DNA of 5,423 nucleotides, taken from the NCBI GenBank assembly GCA_016933055.1, contig JAFGBS010000035.1:1-5423 (forward strand). Reading direction: 5' to 3'. A program made the position numbers and the translations under genes. The notes under the pieces were generated by a model. That model was given only the letters and a program-made list of their open reading frames with translations. It ran no database searches and had not been told where the DNA came from. The stretch is from Promethearchaeota archaeon (GTDB lineage Archaea > Asgardarchaeota > Lokiarchaeia > Sigyniarchaeales > Promethearchaeaceae). Positions 5,369 to 5,423 of this stretch are shown here, piece by piece (within the stretch, counting starts at the first letter, position 1; every line of letters begins with the position of its first letter).

Positions 5369-5423
5369 TGGAGAATCCATCAGAGATAGATCCAATAAGT
5401 TTAACTAACTTACATGGGAAAAA
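5368..5423 (+). pseudogene. Partial ORF (runs off window) resembling the C-terminal part of the 2816-3055 protein
   Basis: TGATG overlap with the upstream stop; reads MENPSEIDPISLTNLHGK. SEIDPISLTNLHGK vs SEMDAISLTNLNDK is 10/14 identical (5380-5421 vs 2972-3013, 29/42 nt, differences mostly at third positions). Confidence 0.6.

Overview
This AT-rich window is a defence/toxin-antitoxin (TA) island, probably archaeal (TATA-like boxes just upstream of near-leaderless starts, GGTGA/GGAGG ribosome-binding sites, archaeal-type TA families). Left: an intact, translationally coupled two-gene operon encoding (i) a YwgA/SocA(Panacea)/DarG-C-like winged helix fused to a DUF488 domain with an intact C-x-E-x5-C-H-R motif and (ii) a 268-aa uncharacterised partner with a dual-OB-like N-terminus and a Cys/His cluster. 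This is the best candidate for an uncharacterised system. Converging on it is an intact vapBC (AbrB + PIN) operon with an inverted-repeat operator. The right half is a nested, decaying TA array: a small putative antitoxin plus a DUF6516/TumE-like toxin lacking an ATG start, two orphan UPF0175 antitoxins (one internally deleted), an mntA-hepT pair whose HEPN gene has an in-frame TGA hidden by the ORF track, and three partial duplicated gene fragments. Family calls come from motif recognition only; no database search was run.
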